A stretch of 64,000 nucleotides of DNA, taken from contig OZ251997.1 of NCBI GenBank assembly GCA_965247095.1, positions 4,064,001 to 4,128,000 of the forward strand, given 5' to 3'. This DNA comes from Candidatus Multivorans sp. Its GTDB lineage: Bacteria; Acidobacteriota; Thermoanaerobaculia; Multivoradales; Multivoraceae. Below the pieces are notes generated by a model. The model made no database searches and was not told where the DNA came from. It worked only from the letters and a program-made list of their open reading frames with translations. Both the position numbers and the translations under genes were made by a program. This document shows positions 34,373 through 44,552 of this stretch, piece by piece. Numbering within the stretch: position 1 is the first letter of the stretch; every line of letters begins with the position of its first letter.

Positions 34373-35068
34373 GTGGCGGCCTCACAGGCGCTGGAGGCGT
34401 TGGCGATGGCGGCGCGGAGCAGCCGCGGCCATGAGCCGTGGGTGTTCTACCCGCAAGATGGCCGCTGGCGATGGTGGTCGTTTCAGCGCGGCTGGAACGA
34501 GGTCGAGCGGTGGCGGGCGGCGCTCGAGCATGGTGAACGACCATCCGCCGACCAGGTCCCGGCGCCCCAGTCCTCTCCGCAGGCGCTCTGTTGCCACCTC
34601 GCGGCGGCGCCGGCGGAGACCGTCGCTGCCGCCGTCTTCGACGGGTTGCTGGCGCCGCGTCCGCCGGCGCGGGAGATCGTCGTCGTCACCCCGCCCGCGG
34701 CGCCGGCGCCGGCGGAGGTGGACCGCCTGACCGTGCCCTGGCTGCATTGGTGCTGCGCGAATCTGGCGGTGCTGGTGCTCGAGCCGAGCCGCGAGGCGCT
34801 GGTCGGTTCGGTGTTGTGGTGCCGGCCGACGGTGCTTCTTGCCGGCGTTGCCCAGGAGCGCGCGCTCGCTGCGGCGGTGCGGGAGCGGAGCCGGGACCGT
34901 GAACGCCGGGCCGCGGCGCTGCTCGACCGGCTCCGTGTCCTCCTGGTTGCGGAAGAAGATCCGGAGGACGCCGGCGAAGCGCCTGATACGGCCGCCTTGT
35001 GGCGTGCCTGGGGCGTCGAGCGGCGGCTTGTGTGTCGTCAAGACTGTGGATCGCCCTTTCGCCGGTGA
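34373..35068 (+). CDS. Hypothetical protein resembling a collapsed AMP-binding (acyl-CoA synthetase-like) fold
   Basis: Segments reminiscent of adenylate-forming enzymes (WRWWSF..V, RPTVL, RLRVLLV) but no TSGTTGxPK P-loop. Confidence 0.45.
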   Translation: MAASQALEALAMAARSSRGHEPWVFYPQDGRWRWWSFQRGWNEVERWRAALEHGERPSADQVPAPQSSPQALCCHLAAAPAETVAAAVFDGLLAPRPPAREIVVVTPPAAPAPAEVDRLTVPWLHWCCANLAVLVLEPSREALVGSVLWCRPTVLLAGVAQERALAAAVRERSRDRERRAAALLDRLRVLLVAEEDPEDAGEAPDTAALWRAWGVERRLVCRQDCGSPFRR

Positions 35069-35169
35069 CGCCCGCCGGGGTCGGGCCGTTGATACAGTGC
35101 CGGCAGTTGAACACTGCAGGTCTGAGCGGCGCGGATGCGCCCCCGGCCGGCGCCCGAAGGAGGCCCAGG

Positions 35170-36219
35170 ATGAAGTTCCGGTTCTCGCCGCTGCTGGCGC
35201 TGCTCCTGGTTGCTGCGGCCGTTGCCGCGCCGGCCGGGGCGGCGGGCTTCACCATCAAGATGGCGACGTTGTCGCCCGACGGTTCGCCCTGGGATGGCTT
35301 CTTCGACACCATGGGCCGGGACTGGGAGAAGGGCACCGATGGCCGGGTCAGCCTGACGATCTATCCCGGTGGGGTGGCCGGCGACGAGCCGGACATCCTG
35401 CGCAAGATGAAGATCGGCCAGTACCACGCGGCCGCCCTGTCGGTCCGCGGCCTGGCCGACATCTCGAAGGACTTCACCGTCTTCGAGATTCCCCTGTTCT
35501 TCCACGACGAGAAGGAGATGTCCCATGTGCTGCGGGAACTGACCCCCGGCCTGCGCGAGACGCTGGACGAGGAGGGCTTCGTCCTCCTGGGCTGGGGCTA
35601 CGTAGGCCAGGTTCACTTCTTCACGAACGAGCGGGCGCGCACCGTCGAGGAGATGCAGAGGCTCAAGATCTTCACTTGGGCCGGCGACGAGGCAATGACG
35701 AGGTGGTGGCGGGAGGGTGGCTTCAAGCCGGTGTCGCTCGCGGTCACAGACATGATGACTGGGCTTCAGACCGGCATGATCGACGCTCTCGCCGTGCCGC
35801 CGATCTACGCGATGCAGGTCCAGTTCTTCAAGCAGGCGAAGTACTTCGCCGACATTCCGTTGATCCCCATGATGGGCGCCATCGTGGTCACGAAGCGGGC
35901 ATGGAACCGGATCTCGGAAGCGGACCGGAAGGTGATGATCATGGCCGGTCGGCGGGCCGAGGACCGGATCTTCGAGACGATTCCCACCCTCGAACAGACG
36001 GCGATCAAGCTGATGGGAAGCCAGGGGCTGGAGGTCGTCCCGATCGTGGGCACCGAGGTCGAGGACGACTGGAAGCGGATCGCCCGCAGCTTCGCCGACG
36101 ACATGCGGGGCAAGGTCGTACCGGAGGCGATCTTCGACCGGGCAACGGAGTTGCGGGACGCCTACCGTAAGCAGCAGGAGGCCGAGGCGGCCGCTGCGGC
36201 GTCGGACAGCGGCCGGTAG
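35170..36219 (+). CDS. dctP: TRAP transporter substrate-binding protein
   Basis: Signal peptide; IKMATLSPDGSPW, YPGGVAGDE, LQTGMID; adjacent to dctQM. Confidence 0.9.
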   Translation: MKFRFSPLLALLLVAAAVAAPAGAAGFTIKMATLSPDGSPWDGFFDTMGRDWEKGTDGRVSLTIYPGGVAGDEPDILRKMKIGQYHAAALSVRGLADISKDFTVFEIPLFFHDEKEMSHVLRELTPGLRETLDEEGFVLLGWGYVGQVHFFTNERARTVEEMQRLKIFTWAGDEAMTRWWREGGFKPVSLAVTDMMTGLQTGMIDALAVPPIYAMQVQFFKQAKYFADIPLIPMMGAIVVTKRAWNRISEADRKVMIMAGRRAEDRIFETIPTLEQTAIKLMGSQGLEVVPIVGTEVEDDWKRIARSFADDMRGKVVPEAIFDRATELRDAYRKQQEAEAAAAASDSGR

Positions 36220-36239
36220 GCCTTTGACTGCGGGGACCC

Positions 36240-38078
36240 TTGACTGAAGGGGGCGCCGCGGCCCGGCTCCGGGCAGTGGTACGCCTCGTGCACCGCGCCG
36301 AGGATGGCGTCTCGAGCGTGCTTCTGGCCGCCATGGTGCTGCTGCCCTTAGGTGAGATCGTCGTCCGCCAGACCGGCTCCGGCATTCCCGGCGCGCTTCC
36401 CTTCCAACAGCACCTGACGCTGTGGGTTGCCTTCCTCGGCGCGGCCCTGGCGGCGCGCGAGGGGCGCCTGCTGGCCCTGGCCACCGGAACCCTCCTGCCC
36501 GAGGGCCGGTTTCGGAGCGCGGCGGCGGTTCTGACCGGCGGCGTCAGCGCGATGGTGGCGACGCTGCTGGGGCTGGCCAGTCTGGATCTGGTGCGGATCG
36601 AGCACGAGGGCGGCATCGAGATGGCGGCCGGCGTGCCCGTCTGGGTGGGGCAGGCGGTCATGCCGGTCGGCTTTGCGCTGCTGGCGCTGCGGCTGGCGTG
36701 GAAGTCGTCGGATCGCTGGCTGGGGCGCGGTCTGGCGATGCTCGGCATCGCGCTGGCGCTCTGGATCAACGCGAACGGGGACGCCTTCGCCGATCGCACG
36801 GCGGCGCCCTGGTTGGTGCTGATTCTGGCTTCGACCCTGCTCGGCGGCCCCATCTTCGCCGCCCTGGGCGGCGCGGCCGTGTTCCTTTTCCTCACCGACT
36901 TCGTTCCGCTCGCCGCCATCCCGGCGGAGAGCTACCGGCTCGCGGTGTCTCCGACGCTGGCGGCGATTCCGCTGTTCACGCTGACCGGCTTCCTGCTCGC
37001 CGAGGGCGGGGCGTCCGAACGGCTGCTGCGAGTGTTCCGCGCCATGTTCGGCTGGGCGCCGGGTGGGACGGCGGTGGTCTGCGCCGTGGTGTGCGCGTTC
37101 TTCACCGTGTTCACCGGCGGCTCCGGCGTCACCATCCTGGCGCTGGGGGGCGTTCTTTTTGCCGCCCTCTCCGCGGACGGCTACCGCGAGCGGTTCTCAC
37201 TCGGGCTCCTGACCTCGTCCGGATCCCTCGGTCTCCTGCTGCCGCCGGCCTTGCCGCTGATCCTCTTCGGCATCGTCGCGCAGGTTCCGATCGAGGACCT
37301 GTTCATCGGCGGCGTGGTGCCGGGTTTTCTGCTGATCGTCCTGATCGCAGCCTGGGGCGTGCGGGAGGGCCTGCGCGGCGGCGCCCGCCGCACCCGCGTC
37401 TCGATGCCGGAGTTCGGACGGGCAGTCTGGGCCGGAAAGTGGGAGTTGCTGCTCCCCGTCGTCATCGTGGGCGCGATCTTCAGCGGCTACGCGACCCTGG
37501 TCGAGTCGGCGGCCCTGGCCGCTCTCTACGCCTTCATCGTCCAGTGCGTGATCCACCGCGATCTGAAGGTGGGGAAGCCACTGATCGCGGTGTTCCGGCA
37601 GTGCACCGTGCTGGTCGGCGGGGTGCTGATCATCCTGGTGGTGGCGATGGGGCTCACGAGCTGGCTGGTGGACGCCCAGGCGGCCCAGCGTCTGGTCGAG
37701 CTGGCGCAGGACAACATCGAATCGAAGATCCTCTTCCTGCTGCTGCTCAACGTCTTCCTGCTCCTGGTCGGCTGCCTGATGGACATCTTCTCGGCCACCG
37801 TGGTCGTCGTACCCCTGATCATCCCGCTCGGTCTGGCCTTCGGCGTCGACCCGATCCACCTCGGGATCATCTTCGTCGCCAACCTGGAACTCGGCTACCT
37901 GACGCCGCCGGTGGGTCTCAACCTGTTCCTGGCGTCCTACCGCTTCGAGCGGCCGCTGCTTCAGATCTACCGGGCCGCGGTGCCGGCGCTCGTGATCCTC
38001 GGCGTCGGCGTGCTGTTGATCACCTACGTGCCGGTGCTGACTCTGGGGCTCCTGGAGCTGATGGGCAGGGGCGCCTGA
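36240..38078 (+). CDS. TRAP transporter fused small/large permease (DctQM)
   Basis: Multi-TM protein; LAAIPLFTL, GSLGLLLPP, MDIFSA, DPIHLG, LTPPVGLNLF. Confidence 0.92.
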   Translation: MTEGGAAARLRAVVRLVHRAEDGVSSVLLAAMVLLPLGEIVVRQTGSGIPGALPFQQHLTLWVAFLGAALAAREGRLLALATGTLLPEGRFRSAAAVLTGGVSAMVATLLGLASLDLVRIEHEGGIEMAAGVPVWVGQAVMPVGFALLALRLAWKSSDRWLGRGLAMLGIALALWINANGDAFADRTAAPWLVLILASTLLGGPIFAALGGAAVFLFLTDFVPLAAIPAESYRLAVSPTLAAIPLFTLTGFLLAEGGASERLLRVFRAMFGWAPGGTAVVCAVVCAFFTVFTGGSGVTILALGGVLFAALSADGYRERFSLGLLTSSGSLGLLLPPALPLILFGIVAQVPIEDLFIGGVVPGFLLIVLIAAWGVREGLRGGARRTRVSMPEFGRAVWAGKWELLLPVVIVGAIFSGYATLVESAALAALYAFIVQCVIHRDLKVGKPLIAVFRQCTVLVGGVLIILVVAMGLTSWLVDAQAAQRLVELAQDNIESKILFLLLLNVFLLLVGCLMDIFSATVVVVPLIIPLGLAFGVDPIHLGIIFVANLELGYLTPPVGLNLFLASYRFERPLLQIYRAAVPALVILGVGVLLITYVPVLTLGLLELMGRGA

Positions 38079-38093
38079 AGTACGGTTGGCTCG

Positions 38094-38663
38094 ATGAACT
38101 GGAAGCGCCTGCAGTCCGTCGCCGTCGTGTGGTCCACGGTCTTCGTGGTTGCCGCGATCCTGGCCGTGGTCGGTGTTCAGGTCGTTCCGCGCGGCGTGCC
38201 GGGACTGGTCGGGGCGTTGCATGTGCTGGTTGCGGCCATCGGCTTCTTCTGCGGCGTCGCGGCGACCCGGCGCCGGGCCGAGATTGACGCCCTGCGCTGG
38301 CGCCGCGTGGAGGACTCGGACCTCACTTCGAGCGAGCGGGAACACGCCCACCGCGAGGCGGAGTCGGAGCTGAAGGGGGCGAGCGCACGGTTCCTGCTCG
38401 TCGGCGTGACCTTAGGGGGCTGGCTCGCCTACCAGTTGCGCGCCGAGCGTCCGGAGTCGGGCGCCGCGGTCACGGAACTCCTGGGCGGTGAAGCGCCGGA
38501 GGTCGCCGCGCCCGGGCAGACCGCGGCCGAAGCCCTGGCGTCGGCGCCGGCGTACACGGTGAGCGCGTCCGATCTGCTCATCGCGACGCCGCTGATCGCG
38601 TTCGGTCTCGGCGTGCTGTGGGCTCGTCGCGGCGTCGACCGGTCGGCGCCCTACGACGCCTGA
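38094..38663 (+). CDS. Hypothetical membrane protein
   Basis: About four hydrophobic segments, host-like codon usage, in operon with the TRAP genes. Confidence 0.65.
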   Translation: MNWKRLQSVAVVWSTVFVVAAILAVVGVQVVPRGVPGLVGALHVLVAAIGFFCGVAATRRRAEIDALRWRRVEDSDLTSSEREHAHREAESELKGASARFLLVGVTLGGWLAYQLRAERPESGAAVTELLGGEAPEVAAPGQTAAEALASAPAYTVSASDLLIATPLIAFGLGVLWARRGVDRSAPYDA

Positions 38664-38675
38664 GCGAGATCTGCT

Positions 38676-38972
38676 CTACCGCAGCCGCGCCACGGTCGCG
38701 CCCCATCCGCCGCCGCCGGGACCGCCGCTCTTGAACGAAACGACCCGTGGATCGCGCTCCAGCACCTTGCGCACGATCTGGCGCTGCACGCCGATGCCGC
38801 GGCCGTGGATGAAGCGAACCTCGCGGAAGCCCTTCTCGTACGCGGCGTCGAGGTAGCTCAGGGCGACGTCCTTCACGTCGCGGGGCGCGAAGGGGTGCAG
38901 GTCGATCTCGTCGCCGATCGGCACCTCAACGATGTCGTCCATGTCCGGTGCGAAGTCGTCTTCGGGGGGCAT
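38676..38972 (-). CDS. Standalone Smr (MutS2 C-terminal) domain protein
   Basis: IDLH, VRFIHGRGIGVQR, GGWGATV; start trimmed to ATG 38972. Confidence 0.9.
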   Translation of the reverse strand: MPPEDDFAPDMDDIVEVPIGDEIDLHPFAPRDVKDVALSYLDAAYEKGFREVRFIHGRGIGVQRQIVRKVLERDPRVVSFKSGGPGGGGWGATVARLR

Positions 38973-38986
38973 GGCGACAGCTCTGG

Positions 38987-41900
38987 CTAGAACAGTTTGA
39001 GGACGGCGATGAAGGCGCTCCAGCCGTCGTCCGGCCCGGCCAGGGCGGTGCCCACGTCCATGTTGACCACCGTACCCCAGGGGCCGATGAAGGTGCCGAC
39101 GATGCCGGCGCCGGCGAGCAGTTCGTTGTTCAGGCCGGAGGCCATGTCCGTCGCCCAGGCGGCGTCGCCGACTAGGTCGATGCGGAAGAGCTGGCCGAGT
39201 TCGAAGCCGTAGCTGAGGTGCGCCGCCGCCGCCCGTTCGGCGCGGACCTTGTCGCTCTGGTAGCCGTGGACGGTCACATCGGAGAAGAACCCGAACTCGT
39301 ACTTGCTGAAGCGGTCCAGGTCGGCGCCGTCCGCGTATTCGACGGACAGGCCGAACTTCTGGAACTTCGGCAGGTGCCAGGTCTTGGCGACCCCCACGTT
39401 CCAGAGCGTGTAGCTGTCCGGCGTCAGGTTGGCGCCGCCGAGGCCCCAGGGCGCCCACTCGCCTCGCAGGTTCCACGAGCCGCCGAGCACCAACCGGTAG
39501 CCCGAACGGGTGTAGCGGAGGCTGGTCGCCAGGCTGTGACGGAGGTGATCCGTGGGCAGCACGAAGTCCTCGCTCGTGGCGTCGGCGCGCTGGAACTTGT
39601 TCCAGGACAGCTCATAGCGGAAGTCGAGCTTCGTGTAGCTGCCGAGCGGGCGGCCGAGGCTGAAGTCCATGTTCGGCCGCAGCCGTTCGACGTTCTCCTG
39701 CGGCGCTTCCCGGCCGTCGCGGTAGAGGGTGTCCTCGCCGGCGAATGCCAGCGCGAAGAGGTCGACGCCGGCATCCCAACGCGAGCCGAACAGGCTCGGG
39801 TTAGCGACATTGGCGAGGATCAGCGGACCGGCGATGAACAGGTCGGCCTGGGTGCCCGTGCCGCGCCAGTCGAAGGCCAGCCAGTTCACGCCGCCCAGGG
39901 GCAGGGGGCCGCTCTGGGCCTCGTCGTAGAAGGCGCCGCCGACGATGAACATCCGGGTCTTGTCGTCCTCCTTGACCACCCGTTCGCCGGTCTCGTTGTC
40001 GATGGCCAGGTAGCGAAGCCCCACCTCGGTGTCGCGCACCATCGTCGCTTCGGAGTCCAGGGTCGCCTGCCGGCGGGTCTCGAAGTCGGTCGGGTTGATC
40101 TCGATCCCGGTGAGTTCGGTCAACCCCTCAACGACCGTTGTCGCGTTCAGCAGGGAGAACAGCCGCTGACTGACGACCCGGGCCGGCAGCCAGTACGACG
40201 ACCGCTCCCACGCTGCCGGCTCGCCGTGCGCGTCGACCGGAGCGTAGAAGGTGGTCTCGTCGTTCGAGAGGACATCGCCGGTCAGACCGAGCTGGACCGC
40301 GCGGGTCTTCACCCGGGCGTAGATCTCGCGGTCCACCCACACCGTGCCGCGGAACAGGCTGCGGCCCTCCCCCAGCGCCGCCGCCGGCTCGAACTCGACG
40401 ACCCAGGTGTCGCGGCCCTCGACCGTTGCGGTGCCCCGCAGCCGGTAGCGGTACTCCTTGGTGAAGGTGATCGCGGCAGGCATCGCGGCCGCCTTCTCCG
40501 GCTGGATCAGGGGGATCTCGGGGATCTTCTTGCGCCGCCAGCGAATGCCGTTGACGAAGAAGTTGTCCCAGGCCCAATCGAAACCGGCCTTGCATGAAAC
40601 AGGCCTTTTCCCGTGCGTCAGCGCGGCGCAGACGCCGCGACTTGATTCCTGGCGGAAGAAGAAGGGGCCCTGAAAGGTCACGTCGACCGTCTGGATGCCG
40701 GTACCGAGCTGGAAGCGCAGCGAGGTCGTGTTGGTGGCGCTGTAGTTCGCGATCCGCCTCGACTGGTCGTCCTCGAAGGCCTGCAGCCGCCTCAGGATCT
40801 CTCCAACCGGCACTTGGCGCGTGTCGGCGACGGTCAGGGCCTCTTCGATGCTCGTAGCACCCTCGAGGTTGACCGCGAGATTGCGGTCGAGCCGGAACAC
40901 GAAGGGTCCGTCGGTTTCGGCCAGCTTGAGTTCGTAGCCGTTCCGCGTGCGCCGGCCGCCGAACAGCAGGTCGGTCTCGCCGGTCGCGGGATCGAAGCGG
41001 GCGGGCGATCCGATCTGCCGATCGTTGAAGCTGAGGGTGACCGGGGCGCCTGCTGCCGGTGGCGACACGACGATCCTCAGGCTCAGGTCCTGCCCGTGGA
41101 CGAAGCTCCAGGCGTCCGCGCCGCCGGGCGTCGAGTAGGGGTCGAAGGCGACATCGCCGGAGAACTCCTGGGCGATCAGGCGGGCGGCTCGAACCGCGGC
41201 GGTGTCGGCGTCGCCGTCGCCGGAGAGTGCGAACAAGGACAGGGTGGCGCCGGCTTCCGCCTCGGCGGCGGCCCGAACGAGCAGGTCGCCGCCGGCGTCT
41301 CCGCCCGTGGCCGCGGTCCCGGCGGGACCCGGCTCGACCGCGACGAGGGCATCCGGGTCCAGTTCACGGATCAAGCGCCGCAAGGCGCCCAGATCGACGA
41401 AGTTCAAGGTCGTGGGGGCGGTGAGGGCGACTCCGTCCAGGTAGGCGTCGAGTTCCTGCGCGTAGAGAGCGCGGATCAACTCCGGATCACCCGGCAGCGG
41501 CGCCGAGACGACGGCGGCATCCGGCTGCGCGCCCGAAACGGCGACCGCCGCCCGCTTCAGCGCCAGCGCGTACTCCTGGACCTCCAGGGGTTCGTTGCGG
41601 AGTTCCGTCGGCCAGATGAGCTGGAAGAAGGCGCCGGCTCGTGCCGACCGGGCGAGGTTGGCCAGCCGCTCCAGCTCCGGCGTCAGCTCGCCGGCGCGGT
41701 CGGCGGCCGGCGGCGGCGCGGCGAAGCGGACCGCGTACCAGGGTCTGGCGCCCCTGTCCCGCAGCCGCGACGCCGCCTCCGCTGCCGCGGCGACCGCGGC
41801 CTCGTCCGCGAGATCGACCGGCCACTTGACCACGAGAAGCGCCTCGTCCGGCACGTTGGGGAGCGTGCGCAGGACCTCCACCACCGACTCGGGGTCCTCG

Positions 41901-41998
41901 GTAGCCAGACCGACACAGGGGTTGCAGGGCAACTGCCCGGCGACCGGCAGGGCGCTTGTCATCAGCAGCAGGCTGGCCGCCAGCAGTGTTCTTGTCAT
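38987..41998 (-). CDS. Large multidomain outer-membrane protein (periplasmic domains + C-terminal beta-barrel)
   Basis: Signal peptide; middle segment with a LolA/RseB-like pattern (YRYRLRG..EGRDTWVVEFEP..GTVWVD); amphipathic beta-strands ending FIAVLKLF. Confidence 0.65.
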   Translation of the reverse strand: MTRTLLAASLLLMTSALPVAGQLPCNPCVGLATEDPESVVEVLRTLPNVPDEALLVVKWPVDLADEAAVAAAAEAASRLRDRGARPWYAVRFAAPPPAADRAGELTPELERLANLARSARAGAFFQLIWPTELRNEPLEVQEYALALKRAAVAVSGAQPDAAVVSAPLPGDPELIRALYAQELDAYLDGVALTAPTTLNFVDLGALRRLIRELDPDALVAVEPGPAGTAATGGDAGGDLLVRAAAEAEAGATLSLFALSGDGDADTAAVRAARLIAQEFSGDVAFDPYSTPGGADAWSFVHGQDLSLRIVVSPPAAGAPVTLSFNDRQIGSPARFDPATGETDLLFGGRRTRNGYELKLAETDGPFVFRLDRNLAVNLEGATSIEEALTVADTRQVPVGEILRRLQAFEDDQSRRIANYSATNTTSLRFQLGTGIQTVDVTFQGPFFFRQESSRGVCAALTHGKRPVSCKAGFDWAWDNFFVNGIRWRRKKIPEIPLIQPEKAAAMPAAITFTKEYRYRLRGTATVEGRDTWVVEFEPAAALGEGRSLFRGTVWVDREIYARVKTRAVQLGLTGDVLSNDETTFYAPVDAHGEPAAWERSSYWLPARVVSQRLFSLLNATTVVEGLTELTGIEINPTDFETRRQATLDSEATMVRDTEVGLRYLAIDNETGERVVKEDDKTRMFIVGGAFYDEAQSGPLPLGGVNWLAFDWRGTGTQADLFIAGPLILANVANPSLFGSRWDAGVDLFALAFAGEDTLYRDGREAPQENVERLRPNMDFSLGRPLGSYTKLDFRYELSWNKFQRADATSEDFVLPTDHLRHSLATSLRYTRSGYRLVLGGSWNLRGEWAPWGLGGANLTPDSYTLWNVGVAKTWHLPKFQKFGLSVEYADGADLDRFSKYEFGFFSDVTVHGYQSDKVRAERAAAAHLSYGFELGQLFRIDLVGDAAWATDMASGLNNELLAGAGIVGTFIGPWGTVVNMDVGTALAGPDDGWSAFIAVLKLF

Positions 41999-42034
41999 GG
42001 TCGTTTCCGGGTCTCTTCGTTCGTTGGACGGAGG

Positions 42035-42133
42035 CTAGCGCGGCAGAACTCCCAGAGGCCGGCGCTTCGCGCCGGATGCGGGCAGGATGCCCGCGTTCCC
42101 AGGTCAGAATCGTTCTGCCGCGCAAGCCCCTAG
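42035..42133. mobile_element. CTAG-bounded MITE with 12 bp inverted repeats and an internal REP hairpin
   Basis: CTAG at 42035 and 42130; GCGCGGCAGAAC (42038-42049) pairs perfectly with GTTCTGCCGCGC (42112-42123); internal GCGGGCAGGATGCCCGC. Confidence 0.7.
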
Positions 42134-42250
42134 CCCTGAAAACAGCGAATCGCGGCTCAGATTCCCGGCCGGCGCATCCAGTCCGCCTGGGACCCTCTCC
42201 CCGGACTCCGGACCGGCGGGTGAAGCCGCCGCTGCCGCGCCGCCGCGACG

Positions 42251-43345
42251 CTAACCGGCGGCGGCCGTCCGGTCGCCGGACTCGGCGGCGGCGACGATCG
42301 GGGGCAGTCCCATCTCGGAGCGCAGGTGCGCCTCGATCTCGTTGGCCAGGTCCGGGTTGTCTCGCAGGAATTGCTTGGCGTTCTCGCGGCCCTGGCCCAG
42401 CCTCACATCACCGGCCGAGAACCAGGCGCCGCTCTTTATCACCCGCTTGTGCTCGACGCCGAGGTCGATCAGCTCACCGACCCGGGAGATGCCCTCGCCG
42501 TAGTCGATGTCGAACTCGGCGAGACGGAACGGCGGCGCGACCTTGTTCTTGACCACCTTGATCCGCACCCGTGAGCCGACCACCTGGTCGCCGTCCTTCA
42601 GCGCGCCGATACGGCGGATGTCGATGCGGACCGACGAGTAGAACTTGAGCGCCCGGCCGCCGGTCGTGGTCTCGGGCGAGCCGAACATGACCCCGATCTT
42701 CTCGCGGATCTGGTTGATGAACACCACAGTCGTCCGCGACTTGGCGATGATGGCGGTCAACTTGCGGAGCGCCTGGGACATGAGACGAGCCTGGAGGCCG
42801 ACATGGGAGTCACCCATCTCGCCTTCCAGTTCGGCGCGCGGCACCAGGGCGGCGACCGAGTCGATCACCACGATGTCGAGCGCGTTCGAGCGCACCAGCA
42901 TTTCGGCGATCTCCAGCGCCTGCTCACCGCTGTCCGGCTGGGAGACGAGGAGGTCGTCGATGTTCACGCCGATCTTCTCGGCGTACTCGGCGTCGAGGGC
43001 GTGCTCGGCGTCGATGAACGCCGCGGTGCCGCCGGTGCGCTGGGCCTGGCCGGCCACCGAGAGGGCCAGAGTCGTCTTGCCGCTCGATTCCGGACCGTAG
43101 ACCTCGACGACGCGGCCGCGGGGGAAACCGCCGGTGCCGATGGCGGAGTCGACGGCCAGTGAACCGGTCGAGATCGATTCGACACCGAGGTTTTCCTGTT
43201 CGCCGAGGCGCATGATCGCTCCCTTTCCGAACTGACGTTCGATCTGGCTGAGCGCGCCCGAGATGGCTTCCTCGCGACTGACTTGCTGCTTGCGCGCATT
43301 CGCGCGGGTGGGGGTCATGGGTTTCTTGTTCCTCTTGTGTGGCAT
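42251..43345 (-). CDS. recA: Recombinase RecA
   Basis: [50 protein letters not shown]; true start may be 43318. Confidence 0.97.
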   Translation of the reverse strand: MPHKRNKKPMTPTRANARKQQVSREEAISGALSQIERQFGKGAIMRLGEQENLGVESISTGSLAVDSAIGTGGFPRGRVVEVYGPESSGKTTLALSVAGQAQRTGGTAAFIDAEHALDAEYAEKIGVNIDDLLVSQPDSGEQALEIAEMLVRSNALDIVVIDSVAALVPRAELEGEMGDSHVGLQARLMSQALRKLTAIIAKSRTTVVFINQIREKIGVMFGSPETTTGGRALKFYSSVRIDIRRIGALKDGDQVVGSRVRIKVVKNKVAPPFRLAEFDIDYGEGISRVGELIDLGVEHKRVIKSGAWFSAGDVRLGQGRENAKQFLRDNPDLANEIEAHLRSEMGLPPIVAAAESGDRTAAAG

Positions 43346-43541
43346 AAGGCGCGTTTAGTGGTGTTCGGGCAGTGATCGGCCGCCTTCGAGGGGCAGCGGT
43401 GCGGTTCCGGCGGCGTCGCCGCAGGGTGTGCGTGGCTATACTCCCGCGCGACCGATACGGCGGTCCCGTGGATCGTCAGACGGTTCAACGGAAGGCGGGA
43501 CTTGGCCGCTGCGGACGCTCGGCGACGTGGCGTAGAACAAC

Positions 43542-44552
43542 GTGACAGCCGACATCGACAAGGGCGTAGTCAGCGTATTGCAGCCCCCCTTGGGCGTCAA
43601 CCGCGAGGTCCGGGACCGGCTCGTCGCGACTCCCGGCGCCAGTGTCCGCGAGGCGGTGCCGCTGGCCTCCGTGACGACGCTGCGGATCGGCGGTCCGGCG
43701 GATCTCTTCGTCCGGGTCGAGTCCGAGGCGGCGCTCACCGCGGTGATGACCGTGGCGCGTGAGTGTGCGGTCGCGCTTCACCTGCACGGTCACGGTTCGA
43801 ACGTCCTGTTCCCGGACAGGGGCATTCGCGGCGTCGTCTGCCGGCTTCGAGGAGAGTTCGAACTCGTCGAGGTGGAGGGCGAAACGGTACGGGCCGGCGC
43901 CGGGGTCACGCTCGCCAGACTGGCGCGGGACACGGCGAAGCAGGGTTTGCTCGGGCTCGAGGCCTTGTCCGGTTTCCCTTCGACCGTGGGCGGCGCCGTG
44001 GTCATGAACGCCGGCTGCTACGGCACGGAGATCCGCGACGTTCTCACCGAGGCGCGGGTGGCGCGGCCGGGGCGGCCGGTCGAGGCCGTGCCGGTTGCGC
44101 GGCTTATGCCCGGCTACCGGACGACGAACCTGCAGGGGACCGACGCGGTCATAACAAGAGCGGAGTTCCAGCTCCGGCGCGGGGACGGCGCCGCGGCGCT
44201 CAAGCGGATCAACGAGTTGAACAAGCGGCGGTGGCGGAGCCTGCCGTCCGGCAAGCCGAACGCCGGTTCCGTGTTCCGCAACCCGGAGGACGATTTCGCC
44301 GGCCGGCTGATCGAAGCCTGCGGTCTGAAGGGCTTGGCTCGTGGCGGCGCCGAGATCAGTCAGCGGCATGCGAACGTGATCGTCAACCGGGAGAAGGCGC
44401 GCGCCGCCGACGTGCTCGATCTGATGGTGGCGGCGCACCGGGCGGTACGAGAGCGGTTCGGCGTCGAACTGCGGCCCGAGATCGTGCTGGCCGGCGGTCT
44501 GGCCGAGGAATTCTGGGATCGCGCTAGGAACTTGCGCGGTAGAACGATTTGA
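43542..44552 (+). CDS. murB: UDP-N-acetylenolpyruvoylglucosamine reductase
   Basis: RIGGPAD, GSNVL, VGGAVVMNAG, NAGSVFRNP, HANVIVN, LRPEI. Confidence 0.93.
   Translation: MTADIDKGVVSVLQPPLGVNREVRDRLVATPGASVREAVPLASVTTLRIGGPADLFVRVESEAALTAVMTVARECAVALHLHGHGSNVLFPDRGIRGVVCRLRGEFELVEVEGETVRAGAGVTLARLARDTAKQGLLGLEALSGFPSTVGGAVVMNAGCYGTEIRDVLTEARVARPGRPVEAVPVARLMPGYRTTNLQGTDAVITRAEFQLRRGDGAAALKRINELNKRRWRSLPSGKPNAGSVFRNPEDDFAGRLIEACGLKGLARGGAEISQRHANVIVNREKARAADVLDLMVAAHRAVRERFGVELRPEIVLAGGLAEEFWDRARNLRGRTI

Noticed and set aside
43346-43380. LexA box upstream of recA
   Set aside because: GTTT-N6-GTTC does not fit the GTTC-N7-GTTC or GAAC-N4-GTTC patterns well enough to call.
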